From the IMG/VR virus record IMGVR_UViG_3300030616_000016, positions 62,001 to 126,000 of that record: a DNA stretch of 64,000 nt, one strand, 5' to 3'. Below, one piece after another: positions 38,456-47,814 of the stretch. The stretch's first letter is position 1. Every line of letters starts with the position of its first letter. The notes beneath the pieces were generated by a model, which ran no database searches, was not told the origin of the DNA, and was given only the letters and a program-made list of their open reading frames with translations. The position numbers and the translations under genes are program-made.

Positions 38456-39291
38456 GGCTTATCCTTAAGCAGTGTAGCACATGCTATATCATCAAAGTGC
38501 TTATTGTTTATTTTGGAATCCATGATGCGTATTTTCTTCATTCTTCTTTTTACAAACTCTCCTTTGAAGGTTTTATATACAGTCATTCGTATAGCGTTAT
38601 CAAGCACACTTGTATTTTCAAAAGAGCTTATACCATCAGTGAACAGGCTTATGCTCATTCCTTCTGCCATTGGCGCACTAGACATTATGTATGGCTCGAA
38701 CATGGGGATTGTAGAGCTCTTAAAGTCTTCGTCTGGGTTATATGACAATACTGTTTTTTCTGGATTGCCCAATATATCCATAGTATTCATATAGTCTTTA
38801 ATCTTTTCATCTTCCATGCGATATGCAAGATAGTATGGCATGTTAGATGTATATGATATTTCTTCAATACGAATCCATGGATTTGGGTCATTCGCTCTAT
38901 CAAAACCATCATTAAAGACAACTACTCCATCTCCCCATACTGCTATGCCAAATCCCTCATTATTGGCTATTACTACCATAAGCGTGGCATAGAATGTCTG
39001 GATGTCAAGACAAAGAGCTATTGCTACTTTTGATAGCGCTCCCAACACTTTATTTTCAAATGAACAAAGAGCAGTTGATAATGTCTTGTGTCCAAACATA
39101 ACTATTGAGCTTCTTAATGCTTGTTCTGCAGCAATTCCAAGTATTTTTGCACCAAGGTCTGTGTTTTGTGCAGAAGAACAGCCGTCACAGACGATACCAT
39201 AGGAATAACCATAGATATCGCCTGTGATAGCATAATCTTCACACATATCATGACTGGCACCAATTTCTACAAAACTATCTTTCTGTATCAT
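38452..39291 (-). CDS. PP2C-family phosphatase
   Basis: HDMCEDY, VCDGCSSA, GDG, LFTDG, HFDDIA. Confidence 0.85.
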   Translation of the reverse strand: MIQKDSFVEIGASHDMCEDYAITGDIYGYSYGIVCDGCSSAQNTDLGAKILGIAAEQALRSSIVMFGHKTLSTALCSFENKVLGALSKVAIALCLDIQTFYATLMVVIANNEGFGIAVWGDGVVVFNDGFDRANDPNPWIRIEEISYTSNMPYYLAYRMEDEKIKDYMNTMDILGNPEKTVLSYNPDEDFKSSTIPMFEPYIMSSAPMAEGMSISLFTDGISSFENTSVLDNAIRMTVYKTFKGEFVKRRMKKIRIMDSKINNKHFDDIACATLLKDKP

Positions 39292-39307
39292 TGGTACTCC
39301 CAGTCAT

Positions 39308-40057
39308 TTAGAAGTTAAGAATTGAAGATGCCGAGCCGGATCCAAGAGACTGTGATTGTGAGGATATGCTTTGACTCACAAATTCAGCCAGCTTTGCAAG
39401 CTTGGATGGAGTAGCTTCTCCGACAGATACGTATTTATCAAGGTTTGCATTATCCTTGAATGTAGTCAAGAAATTCTTGACTGCAGGATCTTTATCAATC
39501 CCGATAAGAACCGTAATAATTGATTCGAGGCTTTCTTCTCTTGTGATATCATCTACTAACGTAGCAACTTGTACTGGCGCATTATTTGATTGATTATCAG
39601 CGCCATCTGTAATGATAAATACAATTGCATTTGTTAGGAGATCTACTTTATCATACATCTGCTTGCTATACTGATGTGTTGCTTCGATGCCTTCATATGT
39701 TGCATCAAATAATGCAGTTGTACCGCCTGTACGGATGATATTAGAGTATTCATCATCACTAATATCACTTAGGAGGCGGAAACCATGCATTTCGTTCAGA
39801 TTAGCATTGAATGTAGTGAAGCGAACCATTAAGTTTTCTGCACGTGGAGACTTTTTGCATGATTCGATTACAGTTTTCAGCATATCCTCAATATCATCTT
39901 TGTATGGAGACACTGAAGAAGATACGTCGATAATAATTGAAACGAGTGTATATTCAGAAGCACCTAGTTCATCAAGCTTTACAGCACTGAATCTGAAGTT
40001 TGATGCAGTCTGCATACTGGTTATGTTTGCAAGATCTTTATCCATTAATCTTGGCAT
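39308..40057 (-). CDS. vWA-domain (TerY-like) protein
   Basis: IIDVSSSV MIDAS motif, GTTALFDA, IITDGADN. Confidence 0.85.
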   Translation of the reverse strand: MPRLMDKDLANITSMQTASNFRFSAVKLDELGASEYTLVSIIIDVSSSVSPYKDDIEDMLKTVIESCKKSPRAENLMVRFTTFNANLNEMHGFRLLSDISDDEYSNIIRTGGTTALFDATYEGIEATHQYSKQMYDKVDLLTNAIVFIITDGADNQSNNAPVQVATLVDDITREESLESIITVLIGIDKDPAVKNFLTTFKDNANLDKYVSVGEATPSKLAKLAEFVSQSISSQSQSLGSGSASSILNF

Positions 40058-40059
40058 GG

Positions 40060-41046
40060 TTATTTCCTTTCTTTGTTAAGCCTGTTTCCTTCTCCTAAAT
40101 GCATAAGGGGAAGCGGTTTAGGGCTATCACCATTTAGGAAGTATACCTTGGTAGCCGGGTCTTTTGTAATTGTACCTAGTGCTTTAAGTGCTTCAAGCTG
40201 GATATATGCAGGATTATTTGCAATAGCATCGTTAACTTTCTGAATTTCATATGCTTTTGCGTCTGCAAGGATCTTCTGTTTTTCTGCTGAAAGCATTGCG
40301 GCGTCTTTATCTGCCTGAGCAGTTTTAACTTTCTTCTGCTGTTCAGTCTCAAACCTGCGCAACTCTGCTTTCTCACGTTCAGCTTCCTGCTCGCGTTTCT
40401 TCTTACTCTCAACACCTTGCTGGATTGTGTTGGGAAGTTGAATATTTCTAATGAGAACAGCTTCAACATCAAGGCCCTTTGGTGCAACGTATTCTTTAAT
40501 TGAAGTAAGAAGATTTGCCTGCATCTTTTGCTGAATTTCTTCCCTAAAGAATGACTCTGCAGTTTTCACACTTTTACCTTGTTCTCGCAATAAGCTTCGG
40601 AACTTGGGTAACATGTGTACTTCCATAAGGTCTTTAGGATTACCGGTTTCTTGCAGAATGTCTGGAGCCATAGACTTGATAATTCGATACTGACAGCTTA
40701 CATCGAATGTCGTAACAAGCTGGTCCATACTTGGGATGGGAACCTGGCTCATTGTAATACTTTTCTGACGACAATCGAATTCTTCCCAATCATACAAAGG
40801 ATTGGTAAGGTGAATGCCTGCTTCATAGGGCTGATCAACGACTTTACCAAAGAATGTAGCTACTCCAATATGTCCTGGAGGTATTGAGATAACACATGAA
40901 GCGATGAGAGTAATAGCGCCGACGGCTCCTACCAGTAGACCGCCAAGAATATAAGGACGCCTTTTTTCTTCTGATTTAGCCATAAGACCATATACAAACA
41001 CCAACAAACCGATTAATGCAATTATAATACCAAGAGCAAGTATCAT
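40060..41046 (-). CDS. SPFH/Band-7 (prohibitin-like) membrane protein
   Basis: Two N-terminal TM helices, IPPGHIGV...FGKV, VEAVLIRNIQLP, coiled-coil tail. Confidence 0.88.
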   Translation of the reverse strand: MILALGIIIALIGLLVFVYGLMAKSEEKRRPYILGGLLVGAVGAITLIASCVISIPPGHIGVATFFGKVVDQPYEAGIHLTNPLYDWEEFDCRQKSITMSQVPIPSMDQLVTTFDVSCQYRIIKSMAPDILQETGNPKDLMEVHMLPKFRSLLREQGKSVKTAESFFREEIQQKMQANLLTSIKEYVAPKGLDVEAVLIRNIQLPNTIQQGVESKKKREQEAEREKAELRRFETEQQKKVKTAQADKDAAMLSAEKQKILADAKAYEIQKVNDAIANNPAYIQLEALKALGTITKDPATKVYFLNGDSPKPLPLMHLGEGNRLNKERK

Positions 41047-41068
41047 ATTACTACCTTTCTAAATCAAA

Positions 41069-41206
41069 TTACTTTTTAGTATATATACCAATGAAACCAT
41101 TCCACTGGTAATTTTTGTACTTAATACCACAAATGAATCCAAACAATAGTGTAGATAGAACAACAAAGCCTATCATTATTAAAGTAGCTTTTGCTAATTG
41201 TTTCAT
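41069..41206 (-). CDS. 45-aa membrane peptide
   Basis: Manual translation MKQLAKATLIMIGFVVLSTLLFGFICGIKYK...; AGAGG RBS. Confidence 0.5.
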   Translation of the reverse strand: MKQLAKATLIMIGFVVLSTLLFGFICGIKYKNYQWNGFIGIYTKK

Positions 41207-41214
41207 TCTACACC

Positions 41215-41480
41215 TCTATAATAAGTAAGTTTCCGTATAGCAGCCAACTCCTGGGGAAATCGACATTAGGAAAGCATGTCGACTAACTATATGTCTCCAT
41301 ATAGAACAGGTGAAACGTTGGTTTCTCGATTAACTTTCACCTTTCAGCTGTCAACTTTCAAATCCTGAACTTTGAATTTTAAAGTTTGAGCTTTGAAGGG
41401 CTAAGTTTAGTTCGTATTATGAGTACGATACGTAATTCCTATTTTCTTTTCTCCCTCTTCGCTATGGAAAACTTATTGTA
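41215..41480 (-). ncRNA. Candidate structured ncRNA
   Basis: Hairpins aggtgaaa/tttcacct (41308-41342), ctatatg-GAGA-catatag (41287-41304; GNRA loop on the minus strand) and tcgacat/atgtcga (41260-41282); repeated AAAG(C/T)T motifs. Confidence 0.5.
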
Positions 41481-41481
41481 T

Positions 41482-42000
41482 TTATTCTATTGTAATAGTA
41501 GTCGTTGCATTGATCATTGACAGCTTACCGTCAATTTCATCTTCAATTTCGCCAAGCTCTTCCAGTTTCTTATGAACACTTGGTGCATCGACACTGATGA
41601 CAAGTCCCGCACTGTCTTTGTCGAAGCTGTTGTTCATCGATTCTTCTTGCTTTACATGGCTATAAACTTGCATATATGAAGTTTTAATTGAAGGGAGAGT
41701 TTCTCTTCTCCAAATTAGCCATTCTGCAATTGTCATTTCATAATTGCCAATTTTAACAACAGTTGCTTCATTTGCAAGCTGAATTGCCATTCTGATGTTC
41801 TTTTTGCGTTCGGCAAGATCAGTGATTGTTTGCATTGTATCTTGCACGAATTTTGCTGATCCGCCTTCATTTTCGTATGGATCCTTAAATTTCTCATTCC
41901 TTATAGAAACATCAATAACTGCTTTAGTTTTCTTGTTAATCTTATTATTGATGAGTTTAATTTCTGCGAGCCCTTCCGTAATAGTCATGTTTGATTCCAT
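41482..42000 (-). CDS. Conserved coiled-coil protein (resembles the DIP1984/DUF6847-like class)
   Basis: MTITEGLAEIK...AIQLANEATVVKIG...MTIAEWL...IDGKLSMINATTTITIE. Confidence 0.6.
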   Translation of the reverse strand: MESNMTITEGLAEIKLINNKINKKTKAVIDVSIRNEKFKDPYENEGGSAKFVQDTMQTITDLAERKKNIRMAIQLANEATVVKIGNYEMTIAEWLIWRRETLPSIKTSYMQVYSHVKQEESMNNSFDKDSAGLVISVDAPSVHKKLEELGEIEDEIDGKLSMINATTTITIE

Positions 42001-42196
42001 GCTGAACCTTTCCTCTCTATTAATTTGTTTTAACCAAAAATTCACCAAACAACACAACTTGCTTATTAAATGATAATTAGATAGTTACTTAGATAATCAA
42101 ATTATTTGATAGATCGGTAACATATCTCAATTATGCAATTTTTTGGTAATATATGTATATCACTGTGCCTTAAAATGAGTACCTATTATCGTTTAT

Positions 42197-42443
42197 CAAG
42201 GTGCATTCGTAAGACCCCTGGCTTTAGCCATGGGGATATAAGAATGCGTTTTTCTCTTGACATTTACAGAAATCTGTGCTATACTTTTGCTAATGATCGA
42301 AAACCAAGATCATTGGCAAAGAATTTAGATACCGCAGGGCATGCGGAAATTTACGCCTTTGGAGAAGATGTAAGACTTGTCTGCTTGAAAGCAGTCTTCA
42401 GTGAATTAGGAAGCCCCCGCCTTTAGGCGTGGGGTAATGTCAC
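42197..42443 (+). mobile_element. 247-bp non-autonomous derivative of the IS200/IS605 element retaining both ends, the promoter and an omegaRNA-like scaffold
   Basis: The left end (caaggtgcattcg...ttgaca-17 nt-tatact) is nearly identical and the right end (gaattaggaagcccccgcc...taatgtcac) identical to 30426-31724; preceded by TTTAT. Confidence 0.92.
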
Positions 42444-42447
42444 CTGA

Positions 42448-44118
42448 TTAGTTTATAAGGCAAAACAGATACTTCTGAATTCTGTCACTGCCTGTTGCAT
42501 ATTCGTCTATCAGGCGATATAAGAGCTTGTCCCAGCCTTTAGATAGCATCAACTGCATTACAGTGATGTATATCCTTGTTCCAGACCTCTTACCACTATT
42601 TGCATATATTCCATCATCAGATAGCTTACGACTGCATGCATGAGTATTTGTCTGGTGGCTGAACTTATCTAATACTATCCAGAACACTTTCCCAGACCAT
42701 GCCTCAACTGTCTGTCCGTTATAAGTATGCTTTTGTGGCTTGCATTCTTTTATAAGAGCAGATGGTATATTCCCATCTTCTCCTTCTAGAAAGTGAGGAA
42801 CGGGCGCCGGCCCTGATTCCTCTGCAATATTATTAAGCATAGCTTCTACTATCTGACCTGGATTCCTACGCTTTAGAGTTGCAAGAGCGTTGGTTACCAC
42901 TTCTGCTGGTTTGCCATCTATCTTAGGCATTTGCTCGTCTGGTATAATATTTACTATACCTTTATTACCGTGACGATTTGTAATTTTGTCGCCACTTCTG
43001 AGAATATGAAATCTCTCGTATTCGACAATAAGTTTTGTACAAACTGTGTTTGCTACTTTTGTTCTTATCTCACTGATATTAGACAGTTTAGCTTCACGCT
43101 TGACATGACATTTAAGCGTGATTGTTTCTTCTCCATCAGAATAAGAACCAATTATCTGATTTGGTCTTACAATGTCTCCGGCTTTGGCTTCCATCTTTAG
43201 GCTTTGTTTGCACCATCCTGGTACTACGAATGTCTGTTTCTCAGGAATGACACATGTCATTTTTCTAGCTGCTGACTTACTCATAACAATCTGTTCTTTG
43301 TATACACCAGGCATGATTGCATGAACTGTAAGTAAGTGCTTGCCATTAAGATTGTTATCATAATCTTCTGGAAACACCATAGGTTTATCTGGACTAACTA
43401 GCTTGCTGGAAGCCTTGAAATTAGATGCAGTGGTTCTGCGGCGATTATATTCTGGTACAATAAGATTCTTATTGAGTATATCGCAATAAACCCGACCTCT
43501 TTTGGTGAAGCATCCAATATCGTTTATTTTGCATTCTTCAGCCATGTACATTGTGCGACCACAATTCCCCGATGACTGACTTATACTTGTCCAATCAAGA
43601 ATGCCTTCTGTATTGAATGGCATAAATTCATCCGTTCGTTCTTGAAATAGCTCTAATGATATTTTGGGTCCATAGTGAGTAGCTATTCCCTTTACGACAT
43701 GAGATAATCTTGAAGTTTTAAGTAAATTATCGAGCTTCATTTGAGCTGTGGTAGAATCTTCTTGATGTCCGAACATAAAGAAGTCTGACAGTTGTGTAGC
43801 ATATGCTTGCTTAATGAATTTAAGAAGAAGCTCGTATGGTGTTGATAAATATGTGTGATTAATATTCATACATCTGTTATTAAAGATTGGCATTGGATTA
43901 AGTGTATAGCATAATTGCCGGCTTATTCCATTTACAGAAAACATACCCTTGTTATCAATCTTAGGTATATTTAGTTTTACGACTGTTTGCATGCTCTGGG
44001 ATGCCTCTTTAACAAGCATTTTTGTATGAAATAGGTCATCATATTCTTCTATATGACAGTCAACAGGCAAACAATTACATATAGGAAACAATCTTGCAAG
44101 ATGAGACTTATTCATCAT
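42448..44118 (-). CDS. Compact RNA polymerase beta-like subunit
   Basis: GMFSVNG; GDKITNRHGNKGIV...MP...G.PAEVV.N...RRNPGQIVE matches the RpoB GDK..RHGNKG block. Confidence 0.88.
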   Translation of the reverse strand: MMNKSHLARLFPICNCLPVDCHIEEYDDLFHTKMLVKEASQSMQTVVKLNIPKIDNKGMFSVNGISRQLCYTLNPMPIFNNRCMNINHTYLSTPYELLLKFIKQAYATQLSDFFMFGHQEDSTTAQMKLDNLLKTSRLSHVVKGIATHYGPKISLELFQERTDEFMPFNTEGILDWTSISQSSGNCGRTMYMAEECKINDIGCFTKRGRVYCDILNKNLIVPEYNRRRTTASNFKASSKLVSPDKPMVFPEDYDNNLNGKHLLTVHAIMPGVYKEQIVMSKSAARKMTCVIPEKQTFVVPGWCKQSLKMEAKAGDIVRPNQIIGSYSDGEETITLKCHVKREAKLSNISEIRTKVANTVCTKLIVEYERFHILRSGDKITNRHGNKGIVNIIPDEQMPKIDGKPAEVVTNALATLKRRNPGQIVEAMLNNIAEESGPAPVPHFLEGEDGNIPSALIKECKPQKHTYNGQTVEAWSGKVFWIVLDKFSHQTNTHACSRKLSDDGIYANSGKRSGTRIYITVMQLMLSKGWDKLLYRLIDEYATGSDRIQKYLFCLIN

Positions 44119-45634
44119 TATCTTTCTCCAATACTAGGACTCTGTCCCTGAGATACTTGATGAGTTGATTTTTGTCTTCGTTATTCAGTACATTCATGAT
44201 GTGTTCTATGGCTAGAGTATAGAAAGCGTCGCCTTCTACCATGCTTAGTCTAGGATCAAACACTGCATAGAATATAGAATTCTCTGCGTCTACTATATCA
44301 TTAATTAACTTAGGGTTATCCCTATTATATAGTAGATTAAGATATGGCTCGACTTGTTCTACGTCTATCTCACAATCTTTAAGTATTTCGCGAGCTACGT
44401 TTATGTCGCTAATACCATCATTTTTAAGTACTTTAATGAGACTGACATATGATTCATCAAGTTTATGTTTAGAATCAAATAGGCGCTGGTTTGCTTGTTC
44501 TGATAGCTTATCTGCAGCTTTGGCTATTTCTATATTGCCATCTGCCAATACTCTTGCACGACATGCTGCGGCTCCAGCCTTGCCAATCTCTGATTTCTGG
44601 AGAATGAGGCCTTTTGCAACCTTGATGTCGTCTTCTCGTATTTCAGATAAGGACTTGCCTTTAAAGAATCCTGTAAGGTCCTTAACGTCAATGTCTTCTG
44701 CATTACACATGGCTTTTATTGTCTCAGAATTTTCTGTGTCAATAAGGTCATGTGGTCCAATTACTCTGAATTTTGAGATTCTTTTTACACCATCATCTAT
44801 TATGTTTTCCAAGTCAGGGGTTTCTTCTTGATTATCGATAAGAAACTCTTTGTCCCACTTTGTTGTGGACCAGTCTTCTTCTATATCAATATCAGGATAC
44901 CCAAGTACTGTTTCAATTAGATCTCCATCGGAATCAGCACCCATGCCATCAGTAATAATGGGATGAATAATGATCCTGTTGGATTTAGTAGGAAGTATGT
45001 ATAACTTGCGCATAGAATCGTTGTGTAGCAAGGGATTTCTGAATGCAATTACATAAGGCTTCCCTTCTGTATTGGACTCTTCTTTCCTTTCTTTCCACTT
45101 TTCTATGAACTTGACATATATATGCTGAGGTAATTTTATGTGGTCATAAGGCATTCTGAAGTCGGTAGCAATATGGCCTTTACCAGAATATAATGCTCTG
45201 AAACCAAGGATATATGTATTAAACAATCCTGATTTACCGACCAGCTCTTTAGCCATTATTTTCCATACTCTTTCAGCACTATCTTCCACTACTTCTGTGT
45301 CAATATTGCCAATACCAAGTTGGCTAATTGACACAAGTAGTTTTTCTGTAGCGATTTGTATATCATTTAATACTATGTGCCCGGCTACTGGTCCTGGCAT
45401 ATTCATATTAGGGATTATTACTTTTTGAACCTTCTTGCCGAAGTAATTATTTATTTCAATCGGCAAGTGTACATACCCGCCATACTGAAGTACATCTTCA
45501 TCAAGTATGGTGTTTTTGAGGTTCTTATTAAGTAAATCCGGTTTTGAAATGATCGCTTTTGTTGTATTCGAAAATAGATTTCTTCGTATCTGTATATTAC
45601 CACACTGTTTCGATAAACTCGTCAGATTCATCAT
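44108..45634 (-). CDS. Compact RNA polymerase beta-prime-like catalytic subunit
   Basis: GKSGLF..YILGFRALYSGK, FRNPLLH, IHP...GADSDGD (equivalent of NADFDGD with all three Asp). Confidence 0.88.
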   Translation of the reverse strand: MMNLTSLSKQCGNIQIRRNLFSNTTKAIISKPDLLNKNLKNTILDEDVLQYGGYVHLPIEINNYFGKKVQKVIIPNMNMPGPVAGHIVLNDIQIATEKLLVSISQLGIGNIDTEVVEDSAERVWKIMAKELVGKSGLFNTYILGFRALYSGKGHIATDFRMPYDHIKLPQHIYVKFIEKWKERKEESNTEGKPYVIAFRNPLLHNDSMRKLYILPTKSNRIIIHPIITDGMGADSDGDLIETVLGYPDIDIEEDWSTTKWDKEFLIDNQEETPDLENIIDDGVKRISKFRVIGPHDLIDTENSETIKAMCNAEDIDVKDLTGFFKGKSLSEIREDDIKVAKGLILQKSEIGKAGAAACRARVLADGNIEIAKAADKLSEQANQRLFDSKHKLDESYVSLIKVLKNDGISDINVAREILKDCEIDVEQVEPYLNLLYNRDNPKLINDIVDAENSIFYAVFDPRLSMVEGDAFYTLAIEHIMNVLNNEDKNQLIKYLRDRVLVLEKDNDE

Positions 45635-45977
45635 CTATGTCTCCGTCTTCAATTTTTGTTTTATACCAGAAAGATATTGTATCATTTCCATAGTTCTTTC
45701 CAGGGATTCTGGAACCATGGAGTTCTCCGAATGCTGCGTTGCTTTCGCAACTCCAGGGAAGATTTATATGCATCTTATTCTTTAATCTTCCGTCTTCGGC
45801 TCTTTCTAACTTTCTGACTTTAACAAAAACTGGAACAGGCACGTATACAGAACCATCTTCTTCCTTTTTAACTGGCAATCCGCATATTTTGCCCTCTTGA
45901 TCCTTTGAACTTGTGAATCTTACTGCTTGATCGATAATCTCAGTGAAGCGCTGATTAGGCTTGAGAAACGTTAGCAA
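45597..45977 (-). CDS. Hypothetical protein with acidic tail
   Basis: ORF track, AGGAG RBS. Confidence 0.6.
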   Translation of the reverse strand: MLTFLKPNQRFTEIIDQAVRFTSSKDQEGKICGLPVKKEEDGSVYVPVPVFVKVRKLERAEDGRLKNKMHINLPWSCESNAAFGELHGSRIPGKNYGNDTISFWYKTKIEDGDIDDESDEFIETVW

Positions 45978-46085
45978 TTGGCAACTCCTTACGTCTTTTT
46001 TGAGGTAGGAAGGGAATAAAAAGAGCTGGAATACTTACCAATAAAGGTAAATATTCCAGCTCAATCCATGTTTGGAGACATTGGA

Positions 46086-46904
46086 TTAGATTTCGTCGAC
46101 GCTGAACTCTCCGACAACACCACTGTTACTTGCACTGAGTACATCAGACGGATCTCCAATGAGAATATCGTCTGTAGCAACGTTATTGTCGCTGTTTGAC
46201 CTTGCATTATTGTTACCATACATGATCCTATCGATCACTATACGGTGGAACAGAGGTTGTACAATTGCTCTTTCATTATTGTCTCCGACCCATCCTTCGA
46301 GGGTCTCAGCAGGACCTGGATCTGATTCCAGATGACCAATAATATAGGAGCGAGGAGAATCTTCGATATTGAGTCGATGCTCACGACGCATGATATGAAT
46401 CCATGCAGGAACGTCATCAAGTGACTTTCCCATGATGACACGAGACTTACTATTATGGTAAGGCTTGGCCTCACCTTTGGCAATAATTGATCCGGCACAC
46501 TGAGTAGAATGACGTGTCTGCGGGATTTCTTCATCCGCAACAGTTACGATTCCGTCTACATAATTAAGCCTGAATCCTTCCTTGGTAACTACGTTTCCTT
46601 CCTCATCAGTAGCCTTTATAACTTTACCATCTTCAGTATTGTATGTAAAGGGCATATCGATGATTTTGGAGCGCATATTGCCAATTACAATGACGTATTC
46701 GCCATGTTTGATCTCGCGTTTTGATACTACCTGAATGATGTTTTCAAAGAAAGAACCACCATTGCGAGCCCTCCGTTTTGCAGATACAGTCGACAGAAAA
46801 CCGAGTCCGTCAATGTGAATCCCACCAAAGCTCTGACCGATAACGGTTACACCCACACTGGGTCTATCCGCATTGTTTGCACTATTGTTCCTTGTAATGA
46901 ACAT
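46086..46904 (-). CDS. Hypothetical protein, possible single-stranded DNA-binding protein
   Basis: Beta-rich pattern, YVIVIGNMRS, flexible acidic C-terminus. Confidence 0.4.
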   Translation of the reverse strand: MFITRNNSANNADRPSVGVTVIGQSFGGIHIDGLGFLSTVSAKRRARNGGSFFENIIQVVSKREIKHGEYVIVIGNMRSKIIDMPFTYNTEDGKVIKATDEEGNVVTKEGFRLNYVDGIVTVADEEIPQTRHSTQCAGSIIAKGEAKPYHNSKSRVIMGKSLDDVPAWIHIMRREHRLNIEDSPRSYIIGHLESDPGPAETLEGWVGDNNERAIVQPLFHRIVIDRIMYGNNNARSNSDNNVATDDILIGDPSDVLSASNSGVVGEFSVDEI

Positions 46905-47006
46905 GTGCTAACTCCTTCCTACAAATAAGATTAGAACGATTACCAACACAAAATATTCACAACTATACACACCAATACAAGCTGAACAAAAGTCAAATTG
47001 GGACAA

Positions 47007-47330
47007 TTATTCCATGATTTTAATGTGTGGTTTGGTTATTTTCTCGAACCTTACGTTGTCTTGATATAAAGTTGTATCAGTTAAATCAGGCTTTTCTTTT
47101 GGCTTTTCATCCTTGTTTTCTTTGCCATTTATGGTGACTTCGAAGCGTTTTAACATGCTTTTAGGAAGCACTTCTCTTGCTACTTTTCTGTATAATTCTG
47201 CCTCCTGAGGCTTGGTTTTCATTAGTTTAACAAGAGATGACATGGCTTTATCATGGCCATTTTCTTTGAGTTCTTTTACCAAGTTTTCGTACTTTTCTCT
47301 TGCTTTCTGCTTCTTTTCTGCGCGTGTCAT
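47007..47330 (-). CDS. Basic hypothetical protein
   Basis: ORF track, AGGAG RBS. Confidence 0.65.
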   Translation of the reverse strand: MTRAEKKQKAREKYENLVKELKENGHDKAMSSLVKLMKTKPQEAELYRKVAREVLPKSMLKRFEVTINGKENKDEKPKEKPDLTDTTLYQDNVRFEKITKPHIKIME

Positions 47331-47496
47331 TGACTGCTCCTAAAAAATAGATACTGTTTTTGGTGTCACAAATTTCCAACTAGTTCGACACCAATATTGC
47401 TACTAGGATTGAAATTGCCAGAAATCCCCTTATTATAATAGGATTTCTTACACCTCTAGTGCCAGTTGCCCCAAACGGTTAGTTTTTGAGCAAAAA

Positions 47497-47745
47497 TTAT
47501 TTTTTGTTCATTTTTATAGACTTCATATTGAACACAAGAACTTCGTCTTTATCAGAGATTCTTGTGTCAAGATCGTCTACTATTACACCATTCAGAATAA
47601 CAATTCCATCTTTAGCAATTTGATTTACTTCTGACTTCTTCATTCCCTTAGATAGTAAATCAAGAATAGTTGCTTGCTTTTTGACACGTATATCCTCAGA
47701 TCTACTGACAAGAATACGTGCGCCAACTCTTAGACGTACCTTCAT
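47497..47745 (-). CDS. Second ubiquitin-like (beta-grasp) protein without a C-terminal GG
   Basis: ATILDLL...IVILNG...DTRISDKDEVLVF matches the ThiS/MoaD pattern. Confidence 0.6.
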   Translation of the reverse strand: MKVRLRVGARILVSRSEDIRVKKQATILDLLSKGMKKSEVNQIAKDGIVILNGVIVDDLDTRISDKDEVLVFNMKSIKMNKK

Positions 47746-47814
47746 GTTGCACCCTCAGTGTATTTTATGATTATCTTGTAGATTAGCATAATCATATTAT
47801 AGCACATCCAGATG

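Noticed and set aside
42133-42426. 97-aa plus-strand ORF
   Set aside because: It merely spans the miniature IS ends and scaffold, and has no RBS or protein motif
47340-47496. AT-rich hairpin agaaatcc/ggatttct with TATAAT in its loop
   Set aside because: No matching -35 was found; it is most simply an ordinary terminator or promoter and has no further support
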